DNA of 63,959 nucleotides, filler included, from Basidioascus undulatus (lineage: Eukaryota), in assembly GCA_000826855.1 (NCBI GenBank). It is 8 parts of 8 records of this genome, joined end to end, with 100 filler letters (N's around TTAATTAATTAA, not from the genome) between each part and the next. Parts side by side here need not be neighbours in the genome. Positions count along the whole stretch, not along the records: positions 1 to 5,366 come from JTLS01001956.1; positions 5,467 to 10,821 come from JTLS01001957.1; positions 10,922 to 16,261 come from JTLS01001958.1; 5 more parts are not named here. One strand, written 5' to 3'. Of the stretch, positions 1-12,095 are shown piece by piece. The translations under genes were made by a program, and so were the position numbers. The notes beneath the pieces are model-generated. The model saw only the letters and a program-made list of their open reading frames with translations, searched no databases and was not told where the DNA came from. The number at the start of each line of letters is the position of its first letter. Position 1 is the stretch's first letter.

Positions 1-375
1 GTAGAACATGCTGAGCCCGACGCGGGTGTGCGCGTCCCCCGCCTCCGTCTCCACTAGCACGGTCGGCTTCTCCTTCTCCGTCCGCCTCCGCTCCCGATGA
101 CTCCGTCCCGACTCGGACTTGCACATCCTCCTCTGATGCAGCTGCTTCTCTTCCGCGGCAAGGTCGGGGACAGCGGGCTGCCGGTGCGTACGCCCGCGGA
201 CGACGGTCGCGCCGGTGAGGTGGGCGGCGAAGGGGTCCGCGGCGTCGTCAGCGAGGAAGAGGAACGTCGGGGAGGGCGGGCGCGCGCGCGGGAGGGTGAA
301 GGAGAAGAGGTGCGGGCGCTTTGGGCGGTGAGGAGGAGGAGGAGGATGGTGCGAGGGGAGGGTGGTGGTGGACAT
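1..375 (-). CDS. Hypothetical protein, 5' part (runs off window start)
   Basis: ATG at 375 opens 125 stop-free codons to position 1 (MSTTTLPSHHPPPPPHRPKRPHLFSF...HTRVGLSMFY); divergent from the myosin gene; no recognisable motif. Confidence 0.5.
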   Translation of the reverse strand, partial: MSTTTLPSHHPPPPPHRPKRPHLFSFTLPRARPPSPTFLFLADDAADPFAAHLTGATVVRGRTHRQPAVPDLAAEEKQLHQRRMCKSESGRSHRERRRTEKEKPTVLVETEAGDAHTRVGLSMFY

Positions 376-916
376 TGAGGGTGAGGGTGAGGGTGAGAGG
401 AGAGGGAGGGGAAGCATGATTAAAAGCGGGAGTGGTGGATGGGTTGTGCTCAGTTCAGATGGACAAGAGGCGGGCGAGCGGGCGAACTGGTCAGTCTGGT
501 CAAAGTCGAAACGAGAGTCGAAAGTGAGACTTTGATCGAAAAGAAAGGTGAGTGAGTGCGCCCTGAGCGGGGAGCTTGCGAGTACAGATCGAGTCGAGTC
601 GAAATGTAGAATGTCAAGAGTGACTGCAAAACAAACATCAGACCTTCGTTATGGAAGGGAGTGTCGTGCTCATCGAGCATGGTGCGATGAAGAAAGAGAA
701 TGAAGAGTGTACGGCGGAGAGGCCGACATGGGTCCTGAGACATGACGCGTGCCGGTCCCCCGACCCCCGGAGCTCCAGCCGCAGCGTCGTCGTGCCCCTT
801 GACTGCGAACGATCACCCTACACACCCCTCACACTTACACAGCACCCGCCCCTGCTTGTCCTGAAATATACTCTTCCTCTAGGCACACCGACGCTCCACC
901 CTTCCACCCGGTCGGA

Positions 917-3900
917 ATGGCCATCTCCAAAAAAGCGGGCAAGAAGGGCGCCGCCGCCCCGGCTGCCGGCGCTGCGAAGGGCCCGACAAAGGTCGCCAAG
1001 GTGCGATACGGGCCGTACGAGCATGTTGAATTAGAATCAGAGTGCTCATGAGAGGGATGTGGGGAATGAAGGCCGACTGGAAGGAGGGTTTCAAGAAGAA
1101 GCAGGCGTGCGTCGCGTGCTGTTTGACCAGCGGGGTCGCGATCAGGCGGAGCTGATATGGAGGGGGGATGCAGCGGCGTGTCGGACATGACTCTGCTGAG
1201 CACCATATCTAACGAGAGCATCAACGGCAACCTCAAGAAGCGCTTCCAGAATGCCGAGATCTACGTGCGTGCCCCTCTTACGCTGCTCGAAGACGGTGAA
1301 GCTGAACCGAGAGGGAGGATGCCCGCAGACCTACATCGGCCACGTCTTGATCTCGGTCAACCCCTTTCGCGACCTCGGCATCTACACCGAGCAGACCCTG
1401 CACTCGTACAAGGGCAAGAACCGCCTCGAGATGCCGCCCCACGTGTTCGCCATCGCCGAGTCGAGTGCGTGTTCTACCCCCTCCCCTCTCCTGCAACACG
1501 CCAGCTCCACCCCTTCTGACGTCTTCCATCCGAGCAGTGTACTACAACATGAACGCTTACAAGGAGAACCAATGCGTGATCATCTCTGGCGAGTCCGGCG
1601 CGGGCAAAACCGAGGCCGCGAAGCGCATCATGCAGTACGTCGCGGAGGTGTCGGGCGGGAAGGACTCAAGCATCCAGGAGATTAAGGACATGGTCCTCGC
1701 GACCAACCCGCTCCTGGAGTCCTTCGGATGCGCGAAGACCCTCCGGAACAACAACTCGTCTCGACACGTGCGTGCGCTTTCCGCCGGCCGGGAAGTAAGC
1801 GCGCGCAGGGCTAATGCGGGATGGGGATTGCGGGGGATAGGGTAAATACCTCGAGATCATGTTCAACGCGCAGGGAGAGCCGGTCGGGGCGCAGATCACG
1901 AACTACTTGCTGGAGAAGGTGCGCTTGGGTCTTTTTTCGGGGGGTCGACGACGCGTGCGCTGATGTTCATGGGCCGGGTGAAAGGGCAGAGTGGTCGGCC
2001 AGATCGACGACGAGCGCGACTTCCACATCTTCTACCAGTTCACCAAGGGCGCGTCGCCGCAGCAGCGGGGTGCGTGTTTCCCTTTCAGTGCGCAGAGTCT
2101 TGGCCTCAAGACAGCGGGCTGATAGCGCGATGGGGCTTGCAGAGGAGTTCGGTCTGCAAGGCCCCGAATCCTACGTCTACACCTCCCGAAGCGGGTGCCT
2201 CGACGTCCCCGGCATCGACGACGTCTCCGACTTCTCCGACACGCTCGTCCGTCTCCCCCCTTCCCCTCCCCTCCTCACCCTCCGCTTCTCATACTCTTCT
2301 CCGACCCCCAACAGAAAGCAATGTCTACCATCGGCCTGACGGCCGAGGAACAGAACGAGATCCTGCGCATGCTGGCTCTGATCCTCTGGGTCGGGAATGT
2401 TCAGTTCGACGAGAACGACGAGGGCAACAGCTACATCGCCGACGAGGGCACGCTCGACTTCATCGCGTACCTCATGCAGGTCGAGAAGCCCGCGCTCGGG
2501 AAAGCGCTTACCAGCCGCGTGATGGAGACGCAGCGGGGCGGGCGCAGAGGTGCGTCGCTCCATCACCTTTTCCCCGTCTTCCGTCTTCCCCTCTCCCCTT
2601 TCCCCTCTCCCCTCTTTCCTCCTCCCTCTTCCCTCTCCGTCTTCGCTCCGCTCCCAGCGTAGCAGCTGCTCATCCGAGTGGCGCGGGCACACAGGATCCG
2701 TCTACGAGGTCCCCCTGAACCCGGCGCAAGCGGGCGCGGCGCGCGACGCCCTGGGGAAGGCCATCTACAACAACCTCTTCGACTGGATCGTCGACCGCAT
2801 CAACCGCTCGATGAAGCCCCGCGTCGCGCACGCGCATGTGCTCGGCATCCTCGATATCTACGGGTTCGAGATCTTCGAGGACAACAGCTTCGAGCAACTC
2901 TGCATCAACTACGTTAACGAGAAGTGCGTTTATTGTGCTTGGGAGTTGGGAAGGGATCAAGGGCGCGTGCTGATCCGGAGGGGGTTGCAGGCTGCAGCAG
3001 ATGTGCGTGAAGCTGAACTGGAGGGGGAGAAGGAGAGAAGGCTGATGTGTGAGCCGGGTTGACGCAGCTTCATCGAGCTCACGCTCAAGAAAGAGCAGGA
3101 GGAGTACGCGGCCGAGCAGATCCAATGGCAGCCGATCAAGTTCTTCAACGTCCGTCTCGTTTTCCCCTCCCCTCCTCTCCCAACAACTCACCCGTGTCAC
3201 GCCCCGCAGAACAAGGTCGTGTGCGACCTGATCGAGGAGAAGCGGCCGCCGGGCATCTTTGCCGCGCTCAACGACGCGTGCGCGACGGCGCACGCCGACC
3301 CCGCCGCGGCGGACAACTCGTTCGTCCAGCGCCTCGGGATGCTCTCGTCCAACCCGCACTTTGACTCGCGCGGGAGCAAGTTCCTCGTTAAGCACTATGC
3401 TGGGTGTGTCCCCGCCATCCCTCATCCTTCCTTCTCCCTCCCAAGAAGAGAAGCTGATGCGGAGCGGGCCGGGGATGGTTAGGGACGTGATGTACAATGT
3501 CCAGGGCATGACGGACAAGAACAAGGACTCGCTCCTCAAGGACTTGATCGATCTTATTGGCGGGAGCCAGAACGACTTCTTGCAGGGCTTGTTCCCTGAG
3601 CGGCCCGATCCGAACTCGAAGAAGAGGCCGCCTACTGCGGGTGACAGGATCAAGGTGAGCTTGCAGTGAACTAACACGATATGCAAGAGCTGAAGCTGAT
3701 TTCGCGCTCAACAGACGTCGGCCAATCTCCTCGTCGAGAACTTGATGCGCGCGCAGCCGTCCTAGTGCGTTGGCGGAAGATGATGGTATTTGGGAATGCG
3801 ATGCTGAGGGATGTGCGACCAGCATCCGAACGATCAAGCCGAACCAGAACCGCTCGCCCACCGAGTACGACGACAAGGCGATCCTCCACCAGATCAAGTA

Positions 3901-5366
3901 CCTCGGCCTGCAGGAGAACATTCGCGTCCGCCGCGCCGGGTTCGCGTACCGCAACACGTTCGAGAAGATGATCGAGCGGTGCGTAGAATTTTCTGTAGAG
4001 TTCTTTGGAACATTGGAGACTGATTAGGTGGGCAACACACAGGTTCTACCTCCTCTCGCCTGCGACGTCGTACGCCGGCGAGTACATCTGGCAGGGCGAC
4101 GCCAAGTCCGGGTGCGAGCGCATCCTCCGCGACACGGGCGTCGCGAAGGAGGAGTGGCAGATGGGCGTCACGAAGGCGTTCATCAAGAACCCAGAGACAG
4201 TTCGTCTTCGATCCCTTTGCGGAACGCAACAAGAGACCAGATGCTGACTGAACGTGTGTCGTCGACAGCTCTTCGCGCTCGAGACGATGCGCGACCGGTT
4301 CTGGCACAACATGGCTGCGCGGATCCAGCGCTGCTGGCGCGCGTACCTCCGGCACCGGCAGGAGTCGGCGACCAAGATCCAGCGGTTCTGGATGAGCAAG
4401 AAGGAGGGCATCAAACTCGCGCACCTGCGCGAGTACGGGCACCAGACGCTCGCCGGCCGCAAGGAGCGCAGGCGCTTCAGCCTCGTCAGCCAGCGTAGGT
4501 TCTTGGGCGACTACCTTGATGTGGCCGGCAGGAGCGCCGTGGGCGAAATGCTGCGGGGCGTATGTGGGATTGGAGGTGCGTCGAGAGCAGGAAGGGGGTG
4601 GAGGGCGAGAAGACTGATGAGGGGTCGTTTGTATGTTGGTAGCTGGCGAGGACGTCGCGTTTAGCTCGAGGGCGGAGATCCTCGTTTCGCGGTTGGGCCG
4701 GACGAGCAAGCCTAGCCCGCGGTACCTTGTCCTGGTGCGTTGCGAGTTGTTGCTTGGCAAGGCGGACAATGGAGGCTGACAAGGAGCATCCGCGATTGCA
4801 GACGAGCAAGGCGCTCTACATCATCGTCACGACCAAGGAGGGCACGTCCGTCGACCGCAAGATCCTCCTCGGCGCGATCAAGAGCGTCGGCTTGACGAAC
4901 CTTCAAGACGACTTCATCGTGCGTCGCCATTTACTCTGGTATGACAAGCAAGGCGTGCAGCTGACGGGTTGATTACTCTTTTAGATCTTCAACCTCGGCC
5001 AGACCGAGGAGGGCGACCCGATCCTGGCGTGCAAGCTCAAGACGGAGCTCATCGTGCACCTCCTGCAGCGCACGGGCGGGACGATCCCCGTCAACGTCGG
5101 CCCGACGATCGACTATAATAAGAAGAAGGACAAGCGCGCGCAAATGAAGGCCGTCAAGGGCGACGTGTCGGCCATGCCTGCCGCGCAGCGCATCTCGGGC
5201 GCAACGTACAAGAGCGGGACGATCACTATCGGGCCGGGCGAGCCGCCTACCAGCCGTAAGTGGCGATCCTTCTGCTGATGATGAGCTGGCATGATCTGAT
5301 CGATCTCGTTCTATGACGACAGAATCACGTCTTCCCGCGGCGCGGAAGCCCCGGCCTCCGAAGGCT
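917..5366 (+). CDS. MYO1: Class I (fungal type I) myosin, multi-exon, 3' end lost at contig end
   Basis: Spliced translation gives [31 protein letters not shown]-loop [39 protein letters not shown] site [31 protein letters not shown] motifs ([17 protein letters not shown]) and a TH1-like tail. SH3/acidic tail not reached before the gap. Confidence 0.97.
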
Positions 5367-5466
5367 NNNNNNNNNNNNNNNNNNNNNNNNNNNNNNNNNN
5401 NNNNNNNNNNTTAATTAATTAANNNNNNNNNNNNNNNNNNNNNNNNNNNNNNNNNNNNNNNNNNNN
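5367..5466. other. Artificial contig-join linker (N44-TTAATTAATTAA-N44)
   Basis: Identical 100-nt spacer with stops in all six frames; also at 10822-10921, 16262-16361, 21701-21800, 47914-48013, 53348-53447 and 58781-58880. Confidence 0.99.
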
Positions 5467-6760
5467 CGCCATACATCCTGCATCTTGTCACCAACCCTGC
5501 TGGTAGTCCCCGCTGCGGTCTGTCTTGCCCAGCCCAGTCCTGACAGTGGCAAGGGTACAGGTTCGCTTGCAACAGGACAAGAGAGCAAGGGCTGGACAGA
5601 GTGGGGACTAGGGACAAGAGAGGCAAGATCAGATGGAGAATTAGGCTAGCTAACCAGGGGGCTTATATAGACAAGAGAGAGGGTGGAGCGGAAACTGCTA
5701 GAACTGTGGCAATGGGGTAGAGCTTGCTAGAACTGTGGCAATGGAGTATAGCTTGCTAGAATGTGGCAATGGAGTGGAAGCTGTTAGAAACTGTGGCAAT
5801 AATGTGGCTGGCTTGGTTCATGATGGAGGGTTCCTGCATTAAGGACTGTCTCTGCCCTTGGGGCCATCATTTGGGGAAGGTCAGTTTCCTAAAGAAAGAT
5901 GGTCCTTGAAAGAAGGATGGTCCCTGCATTGTGGACCATCCCTGCCATACAGGCTGTCCTTCCCTTCAGGACTGCCATTACCTCAAGGCCATTCTTTTCT
6001 CCAAGACTACCATTTGATCCAGGGCCCCGTCCCCTCCAGGACTGCCATTTCATCAAGGACATGCTTCTCTACAGGACTGCCATTTGGTCAAGGCAGTCCT
6101 TCACTCATGGCTGTCCCTCACTCCAGGAACTGCCATTTCACACAGGACTTGCATTTCATACAGGACATCATCCTCTGCAGGACTGTAGAAATGGCAGTCC
6201 TCGAGTGAAGAACAGCATGAGTGAAGGGCTGTCTTGAGAAAATGGCAGTCCTTGAGTGAGGGACAACCATGAGTGAAGGCTGTCTGCACGGACAGTCTGG
6301 TCTGGTCTGCCAGTCTGTTCTGGTCTGAATTCCTGAACTGACAGTCTGGTCTGGTTTGGAGGTCTGGCCGGGTCTGAATTTCTGGTTTGACAGTCTGGTC
6401 TGGTCTGGTCATCTGGTCTGACAGTTTGGTCTGGTATGAATTTCTCGCAGGATGACAACCAGCTGGATAACAACAACTAGCCATTCTGTCAGAATGACAA
6501 TCAGCAGAAATTTGGTCAGAATGGCAAAACCACTTGTCTGTAAACAGATATGCATCTGCCAAATAGACATGTGTCTGAAATTGCAGACAGGGTGCATCTG
6601 CTTGGATAAGCATGTGTCTGCTGGGATAGACATCTGCATCTGCCTAGATAGACATGTGTCTGCCTGGGCAGACATGCACATCTAGCAGGACAGACATGTG
6701 TTGGCCTGGACAAACATGCCGGTCTGGCTGGATAGACAAGTGCCAGCAACAGACCAATAA
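5467..6760. mobile_element. CpG-depleted nested repeat array, probable transposon-end/LTR relic
   Basis: Four ~30-bp TGCTAGAACTGTGGCAATGG units (5696-5800); AGGACTGCCATTT-type units (5968-6160) with inverted copies (6188-6285); CAGTCTGGTCTGG units (6290-6435); AGACATGTGTCTG units (6540-6720). CpG nearly absent. CTATATAAG on the minus strand near 5662-5670. No transposase or RT seen. Confidence 0.5.
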
Positions 6761-8445
6761 TACCAGAGAAGCAGTCACAGTGGTGCTTCATCTCCCACAG
6801 ATCCTGCTGAACCAAAACATGAGAGGTGATGTTCTGTGACAGAGTTAGCAAGAGCTGCACATTTCACTCAGATCCACTGAGAGACATACCTTCAGCTCGT
6901 TGATGACAGTCTCCCAAAGCTGCCGATACACAGCAGTAGCCAGTTCTGCAGTCTAGGCAGATCAAAAACCATTCCAAAGGTACCGTTGTGGATGGTGCGC
7001 TGGGACAGCCTCGAGAGATAAAAGAGGTTCTTGCGGTGCCAGTATCTTCCGTGCAGATGCGTTGATGAAGAACCAGCTATGATTCAGTCCATACTTCAAC
7101 TCTTGTGCTGTCGATGTGAAATCCGGGGAATTTATAAGTATCACCGCTCTGTAGGACAGGTCGCAGCCTGTCGATGTTGAAAAATACCCATGTCGACATT
7201 GCCGAAGATGGTCCACAAGTACCAGAACACGAGCAACCCTCCGAAGATGAGGAGCATCCTAAGAGTAGGAGTAGTATAGGGGGGAGAGTGAAGGGGACGA
7301 GAAGAGGAATGAAGGACGAAAAGGCGAGTGTGATCAGGATCGCGAGTGGGAGAGCCAGGGTCGCTACGTTGAGGACGAGGAGCACGACCTGCTCGAAAAA
7401 CGCCAGCCAGTTGAAAATATTGGCCCAAGCGAGCTCAGCGTGAGGGTCATTAGAAGCGGAAAGTGCCAAACGATGCCGAAGCTGTGCGTGGTAAACAGCG
7501 CGTGGTAGAGAACGAGCCAGATATTGCGGAACGAGTGCCAGGCCTTGTGGTGAGACACGGAGTGGGCTTGCGGGAGCTGGGGGGCTACGCGGAACATGCT
7601 GACTTAGGGGTTGAAAGAAGGGCCTCTCAAGACCGGATGCTAAAGAATACCTTTTAAGAGCGGGCGATATGTCGGCTTGGGATCCCTGTGGCGAACTACC
7701 AAGGGTGTTGTCGAGCTTCCCAATCAGACAGACTGTTCGGGTCCTTTGCGACTGGGGATTCTCAAAGAACTCCTTCTCGTAAATCCTTGGGCCCGTAGCC
7801 CACATATTGCCCCATGTGCAAATCCTGCGAAAGAGCAACACGGTGGCTGAGAAATGCAGCGGTTGTTGCGAAGAAAACGGCAGTGTCAAGCGAGACACTC
7901 CTACAGCAAAAAATTCCTACCGACTCGACCCTCAGTAAGGTTGTAGCCGAAATGCCGTCGAGTATCCAAGGACATCAAGAGTTTTGACTTGAAGTGTTGA
8001 ACCTAGCTCAAAGAGAGCATTGTACCGATAGAAAGTCTGCACACCTTTGCCGAAGGCGTTCATGGTCGGACTTGACCGAAATGTTGCATGATTTTTAGAC
8101 TCAAGTAGGCTACTTCGAGAAAGTAGCCAGTAACAACCGCATAACATGACAACTTCGGTGGACATCCGTTCATGAGCATGACCGGCTTCACGCTTGACGA
8201 TCTATGAAACCCACGAGAAGTTGGCGAGGCGCGGAGGTCAAACTACAGGCCACAGGGTAAATTGGTCTTTTTGAATCTCCCAGCAGGAGCCACAAGTCGA
8301 TTGAGGACCAAATCGCATCAGAGGGTGTTCGCCGAATATTCGTCAATCAATGAAAGCCCATAATACGCGCGATACATGATCGAGTCAGAAAACGGATATG
8401 TGATATCGAGTCAACAAGGTCAACCATGTCCTGCTGAATCGAAAG

Positions 8446-9033
8446 GCCTTCAGCGCCGCCAACCACTTCTGTTCCCCCTCAGTCCGTTCGACGCCGACGG
8501 GGCCGATATTCGGTGCGTTGGTCGGGGCGTTGGTCGGCGGGGCTGCTGGAACCGCGGCCGGCAAGACCGCTGGTCCGGCCGCTCATGCGGCGGCTGGCGT
8601 TTTGGGCGGTCTGTCTGGTGGGGCGACTGGTGGCTTGGCTGGGCGGGCGCACACCGAGCATATGTACATGGAGTACTACGCGAACCGGGGCGAGCTCGTC
8701 GCTCAGATCAGCACGCTCCACTCCCACTCTGCGCAGCCGGGGATGCTGGCGAACAGCTTTTGCGGAACGGTTGGCAGCTTTCCTGTACTTCTTCTACAAA
8801 AAGCATCTCTGTGATACTGACGAAACTTCCTCTACATCTCATCGAGGCCACCCAGAACTCTGGTCATTTGCTGAACCAGGCGAGTCCTTCCTTTTCGTTT
8901 GTCTTGGGGAGGTGAGGCTTAGGTGGGTGCTACTCTTCAGGACTACCTCGACCGCATGTTCTTGTCGATGGATGCAGGCAGTCGCGGCAGCTTGCGTCTT
9001 TCGAGCTACTTGAACGGTCAGAATTGGGCGTAG
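8446..9033 (+). CDS. Orphan small protein with glycine-zipper segment (first exon/start uncertain)
   Basis: Exons 8446-8769, 8847(or 8856)-8879 and 8941-9033 join in phase 0 (GT and GC donors): ...FGALVGALVGGAAGTAAGKTAGPAAHAAAGVLGGLSGGATGGLAG...NSFCGT|NSGHLLNQ|DYLDRMFLSMD...GQNWA*. Confidence 0.5.
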
Positions 9034-10494
9034 CGATGCCGAAACACGCTGTGAGCCGTCCGACGTGTTCAGCCCCTCTCTTCGGCTTAAGGCTAATGCC
9101 TTTCTCCCCCTGTTCCTCTAGGTGTTTTGACTGGCACGGTTGCAGGAGAGAACCGGGTTTCTTGATTCGCATCAGTGTTGTTCCGCCTCACGATGTATGC
9201 TTGCTGGCATGCTTCAGTTCGAGTGTTCCCCGTGTTCGCTGCAATGCGAGCCATCGTAAGCGGCATGAGTGTCCTCAAGTGTGGTACAATGAAAGGGGAA
9301 AGTGAGTTTCAGAGCGAACTTCAAGCGGCTTCACCCTCTCCGTTAGCGGCGGTTCTTGCCAGAATGCCCGTGCCCGTCCAGTCATCGTACCGTCGTGGGT
9401 CCACCATGGCTGATGCACTCCCAAAAATCTACGGAGAGTCATACGAATTTAAGGCTTCACCCTTCGACTCAGCCTCCATCCGGCGATGCCCGGAGGGGAG
9501 GCGGTGAGGGTCGGCGGTACGGCTGGGTGCAGCGACGACGAGACTGCTTGTCCCGTTGGCAACTTTGACGAGAATACGAGTGCTTGAACTCTAAACAAAG
9601 GTTATAATGAGCTAACTTTCACTGGGATAAACAGTCCTCTGCAGCCCTTTGAGGGTGATGCCGTCCCCTGCATGTCCGACGAATGCGTCGTCCTGCATCC
9701 ACAGCTGCCGTCCTGTCTAGCTCGACCGCTTCTACGTGTGAGCATCGCCGGACATGATCGCGATTGTTTGTCTAAAAACTGCTTTTTAGCTCAAGTTTCT
9801 TTCATGGGATCTATCTGTGATAGCGCTCCGATCCGCATCGCACGGATACATTGCTTCCGATTCATGCCTGCTTTTTTGTACCGTCGCTCTTCTGTACACC
9901 AGCTTGTTCTGTGCAGATAAACAGCACTTGTGGTCCAACTTAATTTTACCGTTCGGTCTGTCCGCGAGCTTTCATGCACTATCGCACTTGGCTGAGCCGC
10001 AGCAGGTTGGTTCCTGCGTAGTGTACAGCGCTGTGGTTTTGCTGTGTCTGCGTTCATTTTCCAGCGCGATATACTCGCTGACCTTGCCAAGACAGTGATG
10101 ATCCTGTGCGTTTGAAACAATGTCGCTCTGCGACTGCATGCTGCATGGGCGTCACATGCCGTTCCTCCTCAAGTGGAAAGAACAACCACTATGAGCCTCC
10201 CTGCTTTCTGGTCGAGCGTAGCCGATGGGCCACAATGCCATATTTCCACTGGCGTTCTCGTACAAAAAGCTGAGGGTATCTAATAATGACTGCTTCAGGA
10301 GCGGAGGCCCGTCCAGGTTCAGCGGTGCGTCCAGATGGTGGAAGAATACCTTCACTCGATGCGAAAGCAGCTCGTTTTCGACTCACAAATGATCCAACAT
10401 CACACATATAAGGCCCGCAAGGTATAGCTCCTCGACTCGTGTATAGCGAAGGAGACGCCGAATTGCGACAGGGGGTATTATAACAAGCCACAGA

Positions 10495-10821
10495 TCAACC
10501 GGTCGGAGTGATCTCCACCCCTCTCCTTTCCATCTGGAAATACTCCGACCCCGTACCCGCCGCCGTCATCCCCGCGCCCTCCTCCTCCGCCTCGGCTGCC
10601 TGCCCGCCAAGCGCAACCATCGGGGGCACAGGCAGCTGTGGCGTGCCGGCGTGCAGCTCGGGCAGGGGATGTGGGAAGGGCGTGGGGATGTGCACTGTTT
10701 CGCCGCCGACGTCGATGGAGGGCGGGGAGGGCGACGGGAGGGAGATGCGCCAGGCGCTGCGCGGGGTGTTGGAGGGCGAAGGGCTTGAGGAAGAGGGCTG
10801 GGGCGCGGCGACAGGGGGCGC
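10495..10821 (-). CDS. 3' end of a Pro/Ser-rich hypothetical protein (5' lost at contig end)
   Basis: GC-rich open frame from the gap to the stop at 10495 (...HIPTPFPHPLPEL...GSEYFQMERRGVEITPTG*). Confidence 0.45.
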   Translation of the reverse strand, partial: APPVAAPQPSSSSPSPSNTPRSAWRISLPSPSPPSIDVGGETVHIPTPFPHPLPELHAGTPQLPVPPMVALGGQAAEAEEEGAGMTAAGTGSEYFQMERRGVEITPTG

Positions 10822-10921
10822 NNNNNNNNNNNNNNNNNNNNNNNNNNNNNNNNNNNNNNNNNNNNTTAATTAATTAANNNNNNNNNNNNNNNNNNNNNNN
10901 NNNNNNNNNNNNNNNNNNNNN

Positions 10922-11490
10922 CGGTTGCGGGGGGGAGGGAAGTGTGAGCGGGGAGGGAAGACGGTTGGGGCGGGTTTGAGGCTCCTGTTCAGATTGAGGT
11001 GGTGTGCGGTGCGATCGGATAGAGCACAGAAGGGGCGTACCGACTCGGTTTCCATCCCCGTGTCCTCCTCCGCTGGCGCTGCACTCTCCTCCACCACCAT
11101 ATCGCCATCCGACCCCAGAGACTCCTGCTGCCCCTTTGCCGCCCACACTTCAATGCCGCCGAACGGGCTATGCAGCCTGATCGCCTCGGTAGCAGCGATG
11201 AAGTCGGCCGTGGGCGTGCTTGTCCTGCTCCTCGTAGAGCTCCGTTTCTGCCACACGCCAGCGCGGGCGGTCAAGTCAGCCGAGCGGGGCCCACCTCCTC
11301 CCCAGCTGCTCAATGACAAGACTGGACGCACTGCATCATGCTCAGGCGAGTTGGAAGCGGGGCTTCTGGGCCTCTTGCGTGGAGGAGAGGTGCGCGGCGG
11401 AGCGAAGCTGGCTGAGGGAGGAGGGGCGTAGAAGGCCGCCTGCGGGGCTGCCGTGGCTGATGGCGTGGTGGATGGCCGGTCTACTTCCAT
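10922..11490 (-). CDS. 5' part of a low-complexity hypothetical protein (3' lost at contig end)
   Basis: MEVDRPSTTP...PPRKRPRSP (NLS-like)...; two GT-AG intron-like segments; runs into the gap. Confidence 0.5.
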
Positions 11491-12095
11491 GGTCGGCGGC
11501 CCTCTATGAGTGGTATGGGGGTGAAAGGAGGCGGGAATGATGGGGATGATGGAGGAGGCGAAGGAAGGAAGGCAAAGGCGGTTCGGTGAGTTGCCAGACA
11601 AGTCGCGGAGGAGCGCGTCCGAGCAATTTCAGATCTGTCAATCCACGCGACCGGACTCGCTGTGTGCGAGAGTGGTGGTCAATTAAGCGGCGTCTGTGAA
11701 ATGTATCTCTAAAAAACTCTGTGGAGCTATTTTCAAAGATATACCTGCTCGGAAGTACTCTGAATCTCGCAGGATGGGCGTACTGATGCCAGTCACGTCG
11801 GCCTCGCGTTCAACTTGGAGCTCCTCCATCGCCTCATCAGACCGTTAACGTCCAAGGCCTATGGCTTTTGGGTCCTTTCTGAAGTAAGTAATTCGTATCC
11901 ACTGTAGAATCAAAGACATATCTGAAAGGTCTTCCTGGGTATACAGTTGCATTCCAGACCTTGCACTTCCCTCGAACCATCTTCAATTCGTCACGTGTGC
12001 GAAAGCGGGGTGGGGACACGAGCGAGAACTGGCCACTCACGCGAGTTGCCGACTTACTCCCATCATCGACCGCTTACTCGTTCAACGCACTGACC

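Noticed and set aside
5411..5422. Palindromic TTAATTAATTAA repeated seven times at near-regular spacing
   Set aside because: Always centred in N44 padding: an artificial six-frame stop linker, not a biological site.
5696..5800. Regularly spaced ~20-bp repeats resembling a CRISPR array
   Set aside because: Intervening bases are short and similar to each other, the context is eukaryotic and there are no cas genes; it is a tandem repeat.
5858..6860. Repetitive ORFs (QTRPD, CLxRQ motifs)
   Set aside because: By-products of the DNA repeat units, open in several frames on both strands.
7077..7898. 273-aa minus-strand ORF with a hydrophobic stretch
   Set aside because: Non-ATG start, no motif or convincing splice structure; cannot be supported.
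10495..11490. One gene spanning the gap at 10822-10921
   Set aside because: Same strand, but the contigs appear size-ordered, so the two halves are probably unrelated.
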